Shown here: piece by piece, positions 13,200 to 25,604 of the stretch
How the letters are laid out: each line of letters begins with the position of its first letter
Position numbering within the stretch: the stretch's first letter is position 1
From: Macrostomum lignano
Taxonomy: Eukaryota
Reading direction: 5' to 3'
Length of the DNA: 56,952 nucleotides
Assembly: GCA_002269645.1 (NCBI GenBank)
Contig: NIVC01003510.1
Span: 1-56,952 of the forward strand
Notes under the pieces: generated by a model
What the model was told of the DNA's origin: nothing
The model's input: the letters and a program-made list of their open reading frames with translations, nothing else
The model's database searches: none
Program-made: the position numbers and the translations under genes

Positions 13200-14420
13200 A
13201 TTTGACATGGTGGCTTTTTAATGTTTGACATAGTGGCTCTTCTATGTTTGACATGGTGGCTCTTTTATGCTAGACATGGCTCATTTATGTTAGACATAGT
13301 GGCTCTTTTAGGTTTGAAATGGTGGCTCCTTAATGTTTGACATGGTGGCTTTTTAATGTTCGACATGGTGGCTTTTTTATGTTTTAAATGGTGGCTCTTT
13401 AATGTTTAAATGGGTGGCCTTTTAATGTTTGACATTGTGGCTCTTTAATGTTTGACATGGTGGCTTTTTAATGTTCGACATGGTGGCTCTTTAAGGTTTG
13501 AAATGGTGGCTCTTTAATGTTTGACATTGTGGCTTTTTAATGTTCAACATGGTGGCTTTTTTAGGTTTGAAATGGTGGCTCTTTAATGTTTGACAAGGTG
13601 GCTCTTTAATGTTTGACATGGTGGCTCTTTAATGTTTGACATGGTGGCTTTTCTATGTTTGACATGGTGGCTCTTTTATGTTTGACATGGTGGCTCTTGT
13701 ATGTTCAACATGGTGGCTCTTTTAATGGTTGACATGGTGGCTTTTTAATGTTCTTCATGTTGGCTTTTATGTTTGACATGATGGCTCTTTAATGTTTGAC
13801 ATGGTGACTCTTTTATGTTCTACATGGTGGCTCTTTATGTATGTTCGACATGGTGGCTCTTTAATATTTGATAAGGTGGCTCTTGTATGTTCGACATGGT
13901 GGCTCTTTTAGGTTTGAAATGGTGACTCTTTAATGTTTGACATTGTGGCTCTTTAATGTTTGACATGGTGTCTTTTTAATGTTTGACATGGTGGCTCTTT
14001 TAGGTTTGAAATGGTGGCTCTTTAATGTTTGACATGGTGGCTCTTTAATGTTTGACATGGTGGCTCTTTAATGTTTGACATGGTGCCTCTTCTATGTTTG
14101 ACATCGTGGCTCTTTTATGTTTGACATGGTGGCTCTTTAATGTTTGACATGGTGGCTCTTTAATGTTTGACATGGTGGCTTTTTTATGTTTGACATGGTG
14201 GCTCTTTAATGTTTGACATGGTGAGTCTTTTATGTTCTACATGGTGGCTCTTTTAGGTTCGATATGGTGGCTCTTTTATGTTCGACATGGTGGCTTTTTA
14301 ATGTTTGATAAGGTAGCTCTTGTATGTTTGACATGGTAGCTCTTCTATGTTTGACATGGTGGCTCTTTAATGTTTGACATGGTGGCTCTTCTATGTTTGA
14401 CATTGCGCTTCTTTTATGTT
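13200..14420. repeat. Minisatellite, 23-24 bp unit TTTGACATGGTGGCTCTTTAATG, about 50 copies
   Basis: Degenerate tandem units visible. Confidence 0.95.
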
Positions 14421-14463
14421 TAGCAGTTTTTTCTTTTCAAGGTGTTTTAATAAAAATCATTTT

Positions 14464-14530
14464 GCGCTACTAAGATTCGAACCCAGGTCACTACATTAGC
14501 AGTCCAGTCTGTTCGCATCTAGGCTATCTA
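14464..14530 (-). pseudogene. tRNA-Ser(GCT)-related pseudogene or SINE head
   Basis: Minus strand TAGCCTAGATG (A-box-like) ... CTGGACTGCTAATGTAG (loop CT-GCT-AA) ... GGGTTCGAATCT (B-box). Acceptor stem does not pair well. Confidence 0.55.
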
Positions 14531-14859
14531 TTTTCAATTGGAGAACATGAACTGTTGCCATTATAATTCAATTCTTATAGCAAGTCAGTTAGAGCAAAAA
14601 GTTATGACATAATCAATTTTTCAGTTAGCCATAATCAGTCTCAATTTAAGTTAACAATATGGTTCCGCAATTTTAACTAAGTTGTATATACATTTTTTGA
14701 CACTGTATTCAAATTGTTGTGATGTAATCTTTATCAGAATTGAAATTCAGCCAGTCAGTTTTTTTCTCTAGCATTCTTACAATGCATTTCAAGTCGAAAA
14801 TTTTGCTTGACCTTTGCAAAAAAGCATGTTTTTCGGATATTTAATGCCTTGCTTTAGCA

Positions 14860-15026
14860 TCGAGCAATTTCTTAGCCAAGATGCATGTACCGAGACGCAA
14901 AAATTTCTGATCAAATGGTGCAAGTTTGAAGAAAATTGGTTGAGCCAATTTTTCTGAAATCTATCACATAGCTAGATAGATAGATAGATAGATATACAGA
15001 AGACAACTCATTTTTAGTATATAGGA
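14860..15026 (-). mobile_element. Possible 5' end of a non-autonomous Helitron-like (Lep1/HINE-style) element
   Basis: Minus strand A|TCCTATATACTAAAAATGAG, then a (TATC)n microsatellite, then GGCTCAACCAATTTTCTTCAAACTTG. This layout is recalled from invertebrate non-autonomous Helitrons. No 3' hairpin plus CTRR identified. Confidence 0.35.
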
Positions 15027-17308
15027 TTGCTATTATGGTACTGCAAAATTCTCAATCTGCAAAAATTTATAAAGATTGCACAACTGCACCTAATTATGAC
15101 TGAACGAAATACAAAATTGTCACTTCACTGTATACCTAAAATTAAAAGATGGAGATGATTTTTATTTTACCCATGTTATTTTTTTTAAATATTTGCTTTC
15201 TGTCGACACATCAGAATAAAAAATCTCATAAAAAATACATACTTGGCTGTTGGCAACTAAGGTCAGGATTCCAATGACTTCAATAACAAACTCAATCTGC
15301 AGTAAAAATTGTTTTTCATGCCTCATGGCATAAGTTTTCATAAAACTATCGCCTAGCTCTATACTATAGTTTAAACTTTTTCATATTAGGTGGGATCAGA
15401 TTAATAAAAAAACGATGAGGAAGAACAAATATTAAAGGATTCTATAGTTTGTTTGTTTCGCTTTAGTCTGTTTAAACGTTTCGTGTGGGCTTCATGAGTG
15501 CATATGCATGTGCCAAGTATTATTGGCGCGTTGCAACACTACGTTTAAATATTTTCAGAAAAAATAGAATCAATAATTTACAATTTAGCAAAAACGCTTT
15601 TTTAAATTAACAGGGTATGGCAAAAAAGTATTAGTGATTTTTTGGAGAAAGCAAGTGTTTTCATTTGTTTTACTAATTTTGTTTACTCCTGATAGAAAAG
15701 TACGCAGTTGAGTTGAAAGCCATTTCAAGCCGCTCATGTACTATCTAAATCCTAAAATTATTTAATATACCATTAAATGTTTACAAAGTTTTTGCCTTTG
15801 GTAGGTGTTTATCTCTAAGCAGCTGAAGTTTATACACATTTTCCGTGTTTGGTGATTTTTCTCGTTGGTGTGCTGTTTTTATGGAAAAATATCCACATTT
15901 AATTTTGTCTGAATTATCGTGTTTTTATTTCCGTGGATTAATGAACCGTCGATCCTGTAACAGCATTTTAGCTTTCATGACTTTTCGGCTTTCGCGTCTA
16001 TTATATCCATTTCATGTCGTATTGTCCTAATAGACCTACCTAATAATACGACACCAAGCGTTTTAATAACTTTATAAACTGCATATTTAATCTGCAAGTA
16101 GTTTTTACAGCCTCTTAGTCTTAGTCTTACGAGTTTTTCAACAACATGCTTAACCAGGAATTTTGAATAGGGCGCAGATATTTTGCTTTTGGTTGTTTGT
16201 TTATTTGATAAAGTATAGATTAGCCATAGAAAAAACGCACACGCCCTTTGCACCCCTTCCTCCCCCACCTACCTTAATCTGCTATTGTTCAACAACATTA
16301 TTCCCAGCCTAGTAAGCTAAGCTGATCCTTCTACAGCGTTACTATTTATTAAAGCGAGGGAAATTCTAATGAATGGCAATTTTAACCAATTCGATCCACA
16401 TCCAGATTCAACTTCTTTGCTTTTGTGGAGATCATGTTTAACATATTCTAGAACTAAAAAGAACACATTAATCCATGCTCAGCAAGATGGCAGATGTATA
16501 CTAGAATCAGATGTGGCCAAAGTTGCCAATTCATGCCAAGCATGCTTTATTTTTACTCTTGTCTTGCATGTCAAAACAGGCACAAAAATTGAGTATGCTA
16601 GATATATATCATGGGAATATTCTTCAATATGGTATATCATTTTTGCTAATGTATACTAAGCTTCCTTTGGGTAGTATTACCTATGTCACTATATGTATAC
16701 TTAGGCCTAATATATACTTTACCAGTAGCAATTTTGTTAGAAGTTGCAACTATATAGGTAATTGTCATTTTTATATAAATCTTATTATATACTAGAATAA
16801 TATATAATTTTAATGAGGTATATATTTTGACTATAGACATTTGCATTTTGAACAACATCTTATTATTATAATTTTATATTGATATGCAAGGCATTATGAT
16901 ATTAGTACATATATATCATTTAAGTTTTTATTTAACTTTTTCATTGAACACAAATATATACCCACATAATATATATAGGATATAAAATGGTTCTATTAAT
17001 GATAATGGGTTCATCTTTTAGGATTAGTTTTTTATTATGTATTTATAATAATATTTTTGTTTCATATTAAAATTACTACTTGTTTGTTATAGTAGTATTA
17101 GTGTATTAAACCATTTTTATATTTTTATTTTAATAATAACCATTGTTTTATTTGCTATATTATCATAAAATTGTAGTTCTAGCTTTTTTATAACAGAGCC
17201 CATGAAATGTATGTTTATTTGTCTTATTTAGAATAGACAAGTATAATAGGCTTATAATTTAGTTAAGCTAATAAATGTTCATTTTAGTTACTTTATTTCT
17301 ATTGAAGT

Positions 17309-17393
17309 TTCAGCTAAGGCTAGCGGAATGGGCGTTTGCGCCTTCCTGCTGTGTCCCACCAGGACAGCCCTACAGCTAAGTTCAGCTAAGGCT
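17309..17393. mobile_element. 59-bp GC-rich insertion flanked by 13-bp direct repeats TTCAGCTAAGGCT
   Basis: Direct repeats at 17309-17321 and 17381-17393 in AT-rich context; resembles a TSD-flanked, severely 5'-truncated retroposon end. Confidence 0.4.
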
Positions 17394-17644
17394 TTCTTTA
17401 ATCTTAATCTTTAGTTTTTAGTTTTTTTCTTTATTTATATGAAATATAATTATCACTGTATTAATATAGTAGCTAAAATAATTTTAAGCTTTATTGCTAT
17501 GTTTTTTTAACCTGGTCTTCAAAATACTATTTTATTATAAATAGAAAGTTATAACAGTAATAGAACTATCACTGGTCTATTGAAATTTACAGAATAAAGC
17601 AGACCACTAGGACGAGTAAATGAGATGGCTTATAAAATTTCTAG

Positions 17645-18373
17645 ATGACCAACTTATGCAATGATATTGCAGAGCTAGTTGTTTTCATCAGCACTCAGAA
17701 CCAAGCCGCAGTGCAGACTCTCCCAGCCTCCCAATTCATCCGAGACGCCTCATCCAATCCAATGTCCAGCGAGAGCTCGCCAGACTCGCCAGCCGCCGCG
17801 CCGCCAGTCAGCATCAGCGTCAACTGCATCAGCGTCGGCGCAGGTATGAAGCGCGCGCCCAGCGACACGTTCTTTGCTGAGGTGTCGCAGCCGCCCGACC
17901 AGCTGGCTGGCCTCCTTGGCAGCGGCGGCAGCTCCGGCGGCTCGCCTGACCGGCGCCTCAGCGAGCGGTCCAAGAGCGAGGCCAACCTGGTCGAACGGCC
18001 TTCGCCGAGGCATCGCACCGCCGCCGACTCCGACGATGGCGACGACGACAACGTCGGCGAGTTGGCGGGCGTCGCGGCCGATGGGCGCCGAGTTGGCGTC
18101 GGCGGTGGCGTCAGCTGCGGCTCCTCTGTTGGCATCGGCGGTGGCAGCGGAGGCGGCGGCCGGATCTCGGAGCAGTCGCGGGTGTACTGGGACCTGTCCA
18201 AGGCGGGCCTGGCCGACACGGACGAGCCGGGCCGGCCGCAGGCTCGCAAATTTGAGAGCAGCCTGCCGGCCATCAGGCAGCAGCAGGAGGTCGGCAATCA
18301 GTACGTGTTCAGCTCCAGCGCCGAGTCCTTCTCGCAGTGCAACTTCCTGCGCCGCTCCGCCGATAACCTGCAT
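17645..18373 (+). CDS. SARM1: SARM1 putative exon 1: low-complexity N-terminal extension (start ATG 17645 or 17762)
   Basis: GC3-rich ORF ending ...SADNLH|GTGAGC (phase-0 donor at 18374). Linkage to the downstream SARM1 exons is inferred from position and phase. Confidence 0.6.
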
Positions 18374-18504
18374 GTGAGCGGCATCGCGATTGTCTTTCAG
18401 ATCAGTGTTTGTCTCACGGGGTGTGCCTCCCATGGATTTCTGCTCACGAGAGTTGGCCTGAAGGAACTTTGAGGTTTTCAACAGGAGGACTGCTGAATGT
18501 GGCG

Positions 18505-21500
18505 ACTGAGTCAAGAGCAACTGAGTTGGTCACTGATTCAATAGAGACTTGAGTTGGTCACTGATTCAATAGCGACTTGAGTAGGTCACTGATTCAATAG
18601 TGACTGAGTTGGTCACTGATTCAATTGTGACTTGAGTAGGTCACTGATTCAATAGTGACTGAGTTGGTGACTGATTCAATAGCGACTTGAGTAGGTCACT
18701 GATTCAATAGTGACTGAGTTGGTCACTGATTCAATTGTGACTTGAGTAGGTCACTGATTCAATAGTGACTGAGTTGGTGACTGATTCAATAGCGACTTGA
18801 GTAGGTCACTGATTCAATAGTGACTGAGTTGGTCACTGATTCAATTGTGACTTGAGTAGGTCACTGATTCAATAGTGACTGAGTTGGTCACTGATTCAAT
18901 TGTGACTTGAGTTGGTGACTGATTCAATAGCGACTTGAGTAGGTCACTGATTCAATAGTGACTGAGTTGGTCACTGATTCAATTGTGACTTGAGTAGGTC
19001 ACTGATTCAATAGTGACTGAGTTGGTCACTGATTCAATTGTGACTTGAGTAGGTCACTGATTCAATAGTGACTGAGTTGGTCACTGATTCAATAGTGACT
19101 GAGTTGGTCACTGATTCAATAGCGACTTGAGTTGGTCACTGATTCAATTGTGACTGAGTTGGTCACTGATTCAATAGAGACTTGAGTTGGTCACTGATTC
19201 AGTAGTGACTGAGTTGGTGACTGATTCAATAGTGACTGAGTTGGTGACTGATTCAATAGTGACTGAGTTGGTCACTGATTCAATAGTGACTGAGTTGGTG
19301 ACTGATTCAATTGTGACTGAGTTGGTCACTGATTCAATAGTGACTGAGTTGGTCACTGATTCAATAGTGACTGAGTTGGTCACTGATTCAATTGTGAGTT
19401 GAGTTGTTCACTGATTCAATAGTGACTGAGTTGGTCACTGATTCAATAGAGACTTGAGTTGGTCACTGATTTAATAGCGACTTGAGTTGGTCACTGATTC
19501 AATTGTGACTGAGTTGGTCACTGATTCAATAGTGACTGAGTTGGTGACTGATTCAATAGTGACTGAGTTGGTCACTGATTCAATAGTGACTGAGTTGGTC
19601 ACTGATTCAATAGTGACTGAGTTGGTGACTGATTCAATAGTGACTGAGTTGGTCACTGATTCAATAGTGACTGAGTTGGTCACTGATTCAATTGTGAGTT
19701 GAGTTGTTCACTGATTCAATAGTGACTGAGTTGGTCACTGATTCAATAGAGACTTGAGTTGGTCACTGATTTAATAGCGACTTGAGTTGGTCACTGATTC
19801 AATTGTGACTGAGTTGGTCACTGATTCAATAGTGACTGAGTTGGTGACTGATTCAATAGTGACTGAGTTGGTCACTGATTCAATAGTGACTGAGTTGGTG
19901 ACTGATTCAATAGTGACTGAGTTGGTCACTGATTCAATTGTGACTGAGTTGGTCACTGATTCAATAGCGACTTGAGTTGATCACTGATTCAATTGTGACT
20001 GAGTTGGTCACTGATTTAATAGCGACTTGAGTTGGTCACTGAGTCAAGAGCAACTGAGTTGGTCACTGATTCAATAGTGACTTGAGTTGGTCACTGATTC
20101 AATAGCGACTTAAGTTGGTCACTGATTCAATAGTGACTGAGTTGGTCACTGATTCAATTGTGACTGAGTTGGTCACTGATTCAATAGTGACTGAGTTGGT
20201 GACTGATTCAATAGTGACTGAGTTGGTGACTGATTCAATAGTGACTGAGTTGGTGACTGATTTAATAGCGACTTGAGTTGGTCACTGATTCAATAGTGAC
20301 TGAGTTGGTGACTGATTCAATAGTGACTGAGTTGGTGACTGATTCAATAGTGACTGAGTTGGTCACTGATTCAATAGTGACTGAGTTGGTGACTGATTCA
20401 ATAGTGACTGAGTTGGTGACTGATTCAATAGTGACTGAGTTGGTCACTGATTCAATAGTGACTGAGTTGGTGACTGATTCAATAGTGACTGAGTTGGTGA
20501 CTGATTCAATAGTGACTGAGTTGGTGACTGATTCAATAGTGACTGAGTTGGTCACTGATTCAATAGTGACTGAGTTGGTCACTGATTCAATAGCGACTTG
20601 AGTTGGTCACTGATTCAATAGAGACTTGAGTTGGTCACTGATTCAATAGTGACTGAGTTGGTCACTGATTCAATAGTGACTGAGTTGGTGACTGATTCAA
20701 TAGTGACTGAGTTGGTCACTGATTCAATAGCGACTTGAGTTGGTCACTGATTTAATAGCGACTTGAGTTGGTCACTGATTCAATAGCGACTTGAATTGGT
20801 CACTGATTCAATAGCGACTTGAGTTGGTCACTGATTCAATAGCGACTTGAGTTGGTCACTGATTCAATAGCGACTGAGTTGGTCACTGAGTCAAGAGCAA
20901 CTGAGTTGGTCACTGATTCAATAGTGACTGAGTTGGTCACTGATTCAATAGCGACTTGAGTTGGTCACTGATTCAATAGCGACTTGAGTTGGTCACTGAT
21001 TCAATAGCGACTTGAGTTGGTGACTGATTCAATAGCGACTTGAGTTGGTCACTGATTCAATAGCGACTTGAGTTGATCACTGATTCAATTGTGACTGAGT
21101 TGGTCACTGATTTAATAGCGACTTGAGTTGGTCACTGAGTCAAGAGCAACTGAGTCGGTCACTGATTCAATAGTGACTTGAGTTGGTCACTGATTTAATA
21201 GCGACTTGAGTTGGTCACTGAGTCAAGAGCAACTGAGTTGGTCACTGATTCAATAGTGACTTGAGTTGGTCACTGATTCAATAGCGACTGAGTTGGTCAC
21301 TGATTCAATAGTGACTGAGTTGGTGACTGATTCAATAGTGACTGAGTTGGTCACTGATTCAATAGTGACTTGAGTTGGTGACTGATTCAATAGTGACTGA
21401 GTTGGTGACTGATTCAATAGTGACTGAGTTGGTGACTGATTCAATAGTGACTGAGTTGGTCACTGATTCAATAGTGACTGAGTTGGTCACTGATTCAATA

Positions 21501-22350
21501 GCGACTGAGTTGGTCACTGATTCAATTGTGACTGAGTTGGTCACTGATTTAATAGCGACTTGAGTTGGTCACTGATTCAATAGCGACTTGAGTTGGTCAC
21601 TGATTCAATAGTGACTGAGTTGGTCACTGATTCAATAGCGACTGAGTTGGTCACTGATTCAATAGTGACTGAGTTGGTCACTGATTCAATAGCGACTTGA
21701 GTTGGTCACTGATTCAATTGTGACTTGAGTTGGTCACTGATTTAATAGCGACTTGAGTTGGTCACTGATTCAATAGTGACTGAGTTGGTCACTGATTCAA
21801 TAGCGACTTGAGTTGGTCACTGATTCAATTGTGACTTGAGTTGGTCACTGATTTAATAGCGACTTGAGTTGGTCACTGATTCAATAGTGACTGAGTTGGT
21901 CACTGATTCAATAGTGACTGAGTTGGTCACTGATTCAATAGCGACTTGAGTTGGTCACTGATTCAATAGCGACTTGAGTTGGTCACTGATTCAATTGTGA
22001 CTGAGTTGGTCACTGATTCAATAGCGACTTGAGTTGGTCACTGATTCAATAGCGACTTGAGTTGGTCACTGATTCAATAGTGACTGAGTTGGTCACTGAT
22101 TCAATAGCGACTTGAGTTGGTCACTGATTCAATAGTGACTGAGTTGGTCACTGATTCAATAGCGACTTGAGTTGGTCACTGATTCAATTGTGACTTGAGT
22201 TGGTCACTGATTTAATAGCGACTTGAGTTGGTCACTGATTCAATAGTGACTGAGTTGGTCACTGATTCAATAGCGACTTGAGTTGGTCACTGATTCAATT
22301 GTGACTGAGTTGGTCACTGATTCAATAGTGACTGAGTTGGTCACTGATTG
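18505..22350. repeat. Minisatellite, 27-28 bp unit GACTGAGTTGGTCACTGATTCAATAGT, about 140 copies (SARM1 intron 1)
   Basis: Tandem units with few variant types and no unique spacers. Confidence 0.98.
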
Positions 22351-22807
22351 AATACTGAATAAGACTCAGCTAATGCCTTGAGCAACAGACCCCGCCTACT
22401 CAAGTGGCTTTGGAACTAATTGCTTCGCCCTTTATGCCAAGGACAGGCGGCATAGAAAGTCCGAAGCTGATTCGCGGCGCGTGATGCTCACAGTTTTGGT
22501 CAAGGGCGGCCTCTCTTTGTCTTTGATGAGTAGCGATTGCTAGGCAACTAATAGGCGGCGCGTGCAAAAGCCCCGTGAATTCTCAGATTTTCTTTTTTAT
22601 GCTTCTCATTAGGACAGATTCCGGTGTCTGTCTTTATTATACATAGAAGTACTTTTAGCTAAATAGCTATTCATATTTATAGATTTATTGCCGTGTATTA
22701 TGGAAGCCTGTGGATAGAATTCGCATTGCGCATTTAATTCTCGATTTAATTGGCTTGCTTGCACTTCTGGGGGCAGGCAAGGAAATCAACTCGGATACAG
22801 ACAAAAT

Positions 22808-22878
<71 letters not shown>

Positions 22879-22964
22879 GGCAGGCAAACCAGACAGACAG
22901 ACAGACAGACAGACAGACAGGCAGGCAAACCAGACAGACAGACAGACAGACAGGCAGGCAAACC

Positions 22965-23001
<37 letters not shown>

Positions 23002-23045
23002 GGCAGACACACAGACAGACAGACAGACGGACAGACAGGCAAACC

Positions 23046-23122
<77 letters not shown>

Positions 23123-23130
23123 GGCAAACC

Positions 23131-23183
<53 letters not shown>

Positions 23184-23195
23184 GGCAGGCAAACC

Positions 23196-23236
<41 letters not shown>

Positions 23237-23252
23237 GGCAGGCAGGCAAACC

Positions 23253-23297
<45 letters not shown>

Positions 23298-23341
23298 GGC
23301 AGACACACAGACAGACAGACAGACGGACAGACAGGCAAACC

Positions 23342-23390
<49 letters not shown>

Positions 23391-23420
23391 GGCAAACCAG
23401 AAAGACAGGCAGACAGACAG
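22808..23420. repeat. (GACA)n microsatellite with GGCAAACCA interruptions, abutting SARM1 exon 2
   Basis: Directly visible. Confidence 0.98.
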
Positions 23421-24178
23421 GCGCAGCTACCGCAGCAGCTGAGCCCGCATCCCACCCGCAGGACGCGATCGCATTCGTTGAGGACGTCGAGCCGGAGTTC
23501 GACCTCGCTGAATGCCTTGAGAAGCCGGGCTTCGAGGCTGACCGGCTGCATCAGCTGCTGGCCTCCCTGGACGAGCTGGCCAGCGTTGCCAAGGGTGACG
23601 GCGAAGCCGGCGGGTCCACCGTTGTGGAGGCCCGCCTGGCCGCGCTGTCCGGTGTTCGCCGCCTCCTGGACGAGGCCTGGCGAACCCCGCGCTGGGGCCG
23701 CGACTACGGGACCGCCCTGTGCGACCGGCTGCGCCAGGAGTCGCTGCTGCGCACGCTGGAGTCCGTGATCGGCGAGCACCAGCTGGGCAGCAGCCAGGAC
23801 CTCGTGCTGGCCGCCACCGGCCTGCTGGGCCAGGCGCTGACCCGGGAGAACATCGGCAGTCTGGGGCAGGACACGGTCCGCTGCGTGGTAGCCCTCGGCC
23901 TGCAGGCAGTGCACACCGAGGACGCCCTGGCCTGCGCCACCGTTGCCGTATTGGAAGCTCTGCTCAAGCATTCGGCCGCGATGTGCTCAACTGTGCTCAA
24001 ATTGGGCGGCCTCGACCTGCTACTGCGGGCCTGCCAGGCCAGGGACCCGGTGCTGCAGCGGCACTGCGCCCAGGCTCTGGCCAACCTTGCTCTGTTCGGC
24101 GACCGGGAGGCTCACAGGCTGATGGCGGCGCAGAAGGTGGCAGACTGGCTGTTCCCGCTGGCGTTCACGCACGACCAG
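23417..24178 (+). CDS. SARM1: SARM1 exon 2: ARM domain (5' boundary uncertain)
   Basis: [53 protein letters not shown] and ADWLFPLAF match SARM1 ARM. Donor CAG|GTGAGC at 24179. Confidence 0.93.
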
Positions 24179-24504
24179 GTGAGCTATCGGGTGTACTTTT
24201 GTCGCCTGACTGCTCTGGGCCTATCTAGCGTCTCAGCAGGCTAGCATTCCTCGCGAATCGAACCTTCGTCCTTTGGCGTAGGAGAGTGCCTACAAATTTA
24301 CTAAACAAAAAAGCAAGAAAAATGAGCATAAATGCCTTTAAACTGCCCTTTTTGCTGATAATTACCCAATAATGCTACCAAAAAATCCCAAATAGGGGGA
24401 ATTAGGCATATAAGTTATAGCATTCCCCATTTATCTCTGTGCGAGGCAATAAATTCTTGATTGACTCGGTTTATTGGCCGACGGGAAGCCTAACCCTGGG
24501 GGGG

Positions 24505-24575
24505 GGGGCGTAGCTTAGTGGTTCAGCGCGGCGCTCTTATGTGCCAGCAGCCCAGACTCAATTCCAAGTGCAATC
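24505..24575 (+). pseudogene. Degenerate tRNA-derived SINE head or tRNA pseudogene (SARM1 intron 2)
   Basis: GGGGCG-TAGCTTAGTGG (A box), stem GGCGC/GTGCC, degenerate B box GACTCAATTCC. Confidence 0.4.
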
Positions 24576-24659
24576 ACATTTATTTTAGAGCTAAAATGGA
24601 ATCTTGGTTTGGGTCTGCTTGTGCTTGTGCCATTAACAGCCTTGAGGGCCAATCCCCGT

Positions 24660-24980
24660 AAGCCCTAATCCTAACCCTATCCATAGCCATAACCCTAGCC
24701 ATAACCCTAGCCCTAGCCCTAGCCATAACCCTAGCCATAACCATACATGTAGCCCTAGCCTCAACTCTAGTTCTAGCCTTAGCCCTAGCCATAAACCTAG
24801 CCCTAGCCCTAGCCATAACCCTAGCCATAACCCTAGCCCTAGCCCTAACCCTAGTTCTAGCCGTAGCCCTAGCATAACCCAAGCCATAACCCTAGCCATA
24901 ACCCTAGCCATAACCCTAGCCATAACCCTAGCCCTAACCCTAACCCTAGTTCTAGCCCTAGCCCCAGCCCTAGCCCTAGC
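24660..24980. repeat. Degenerate telomere-like hexamer array (CCCTAA/CCCTAG/CCATAA)
   Basis: About 50 hexamers directly visible. Confidence 0.9.
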
Positions 24981-25012
24981 TCAAATCTCCCCGGCACCGC
25001 ACCCGCCCGCAG

Positions 25013-25503
25013 GTGGTGCAGTACTACGCTTGTCTGGCCATCTGCGTGCTGGCCGTCAACCGGGAGCTCGCCAACGCCGTGGCCAGCAGCGGCACCCTGC
25101 AGCTGGTCCGGCCTTGGCTGCTGTCCCATTCGCCCGCTGAATTCCGTCAATCTGACGAGGGCCACGCCCAGGGAAGGTCGGCCGGCTGGCTGCAGCGCCT
25201 CATGACTCTGCTGGCCTGCGACCAGGCCGAGGCGCAGGCCCTGGCCGCCTTCCACTTCGCCATGGAGGCGGTGGTGAAGCAGGAGCAGGCCAAAGCCGGC
25301 CTGTTCGCCGACATCGGCGCCCTGCCGCTTCTCCGCCGCACCGCGGCCAGCACCAACCATCTAGCGGCTCGATTCGCCACTCAGGCTCTGGAGACCCTGG
25401 GTGAGGAGCTGCCACATCGGTTCCCGGCGGCCGCCTGTCTCTGGTCGGAGCGGGACGTCCAGCTCTGGCTGCAGCAGGTTGGCTTTCCCGAGCTGGTCGA
25501 CAG
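25013..25503 (+). CDS. SARM1: SARM1 exon 3: end of ARM and start of SAM1
   Basis: CCGCAG|GTG acceptor. VQYYACLAICVLAVNRE...SSGTLQLVRP...QGRSAGWLQRL...FADIGAL...LGEELP...WSERDVQLWLQQVGF. Phase-2 donor AG|GTGAGG. Confidence 0.96.
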
Positions 25504-25604
25504 GTGAGGGACCTTTTATGTGCAACTGGGCATCACTTTGATTCATTTACTTTCTTTTATGTAGGGGCAACAATATCGAGGATTCTATTTTGTGTTTTCA
25601 TCGG

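Noticed and set aside
15605-16275. Possible DNA-transposon termini (CAGGGTATGGCAAAAAAG; TTAAGGTAGGTGGGGG on minus)
   Set aside because: No matching inverted partner or TSD pair found in the window
18505-22350. CRISPR-like array (27-28 bp partly palindromic repeat); the same was considered for 31956-35233
   Set aside because: Units are head-to-tail with no unique spacers, there are no cas genes, and the context is a eukaryotic intron
22685-23971. Long ORFs over the GACA microsatellite (428, 352, 230 and 186 aa)
   Set aside because: Stop-free only because of the repeat; the real coding frame is the SARM1 ARM frame
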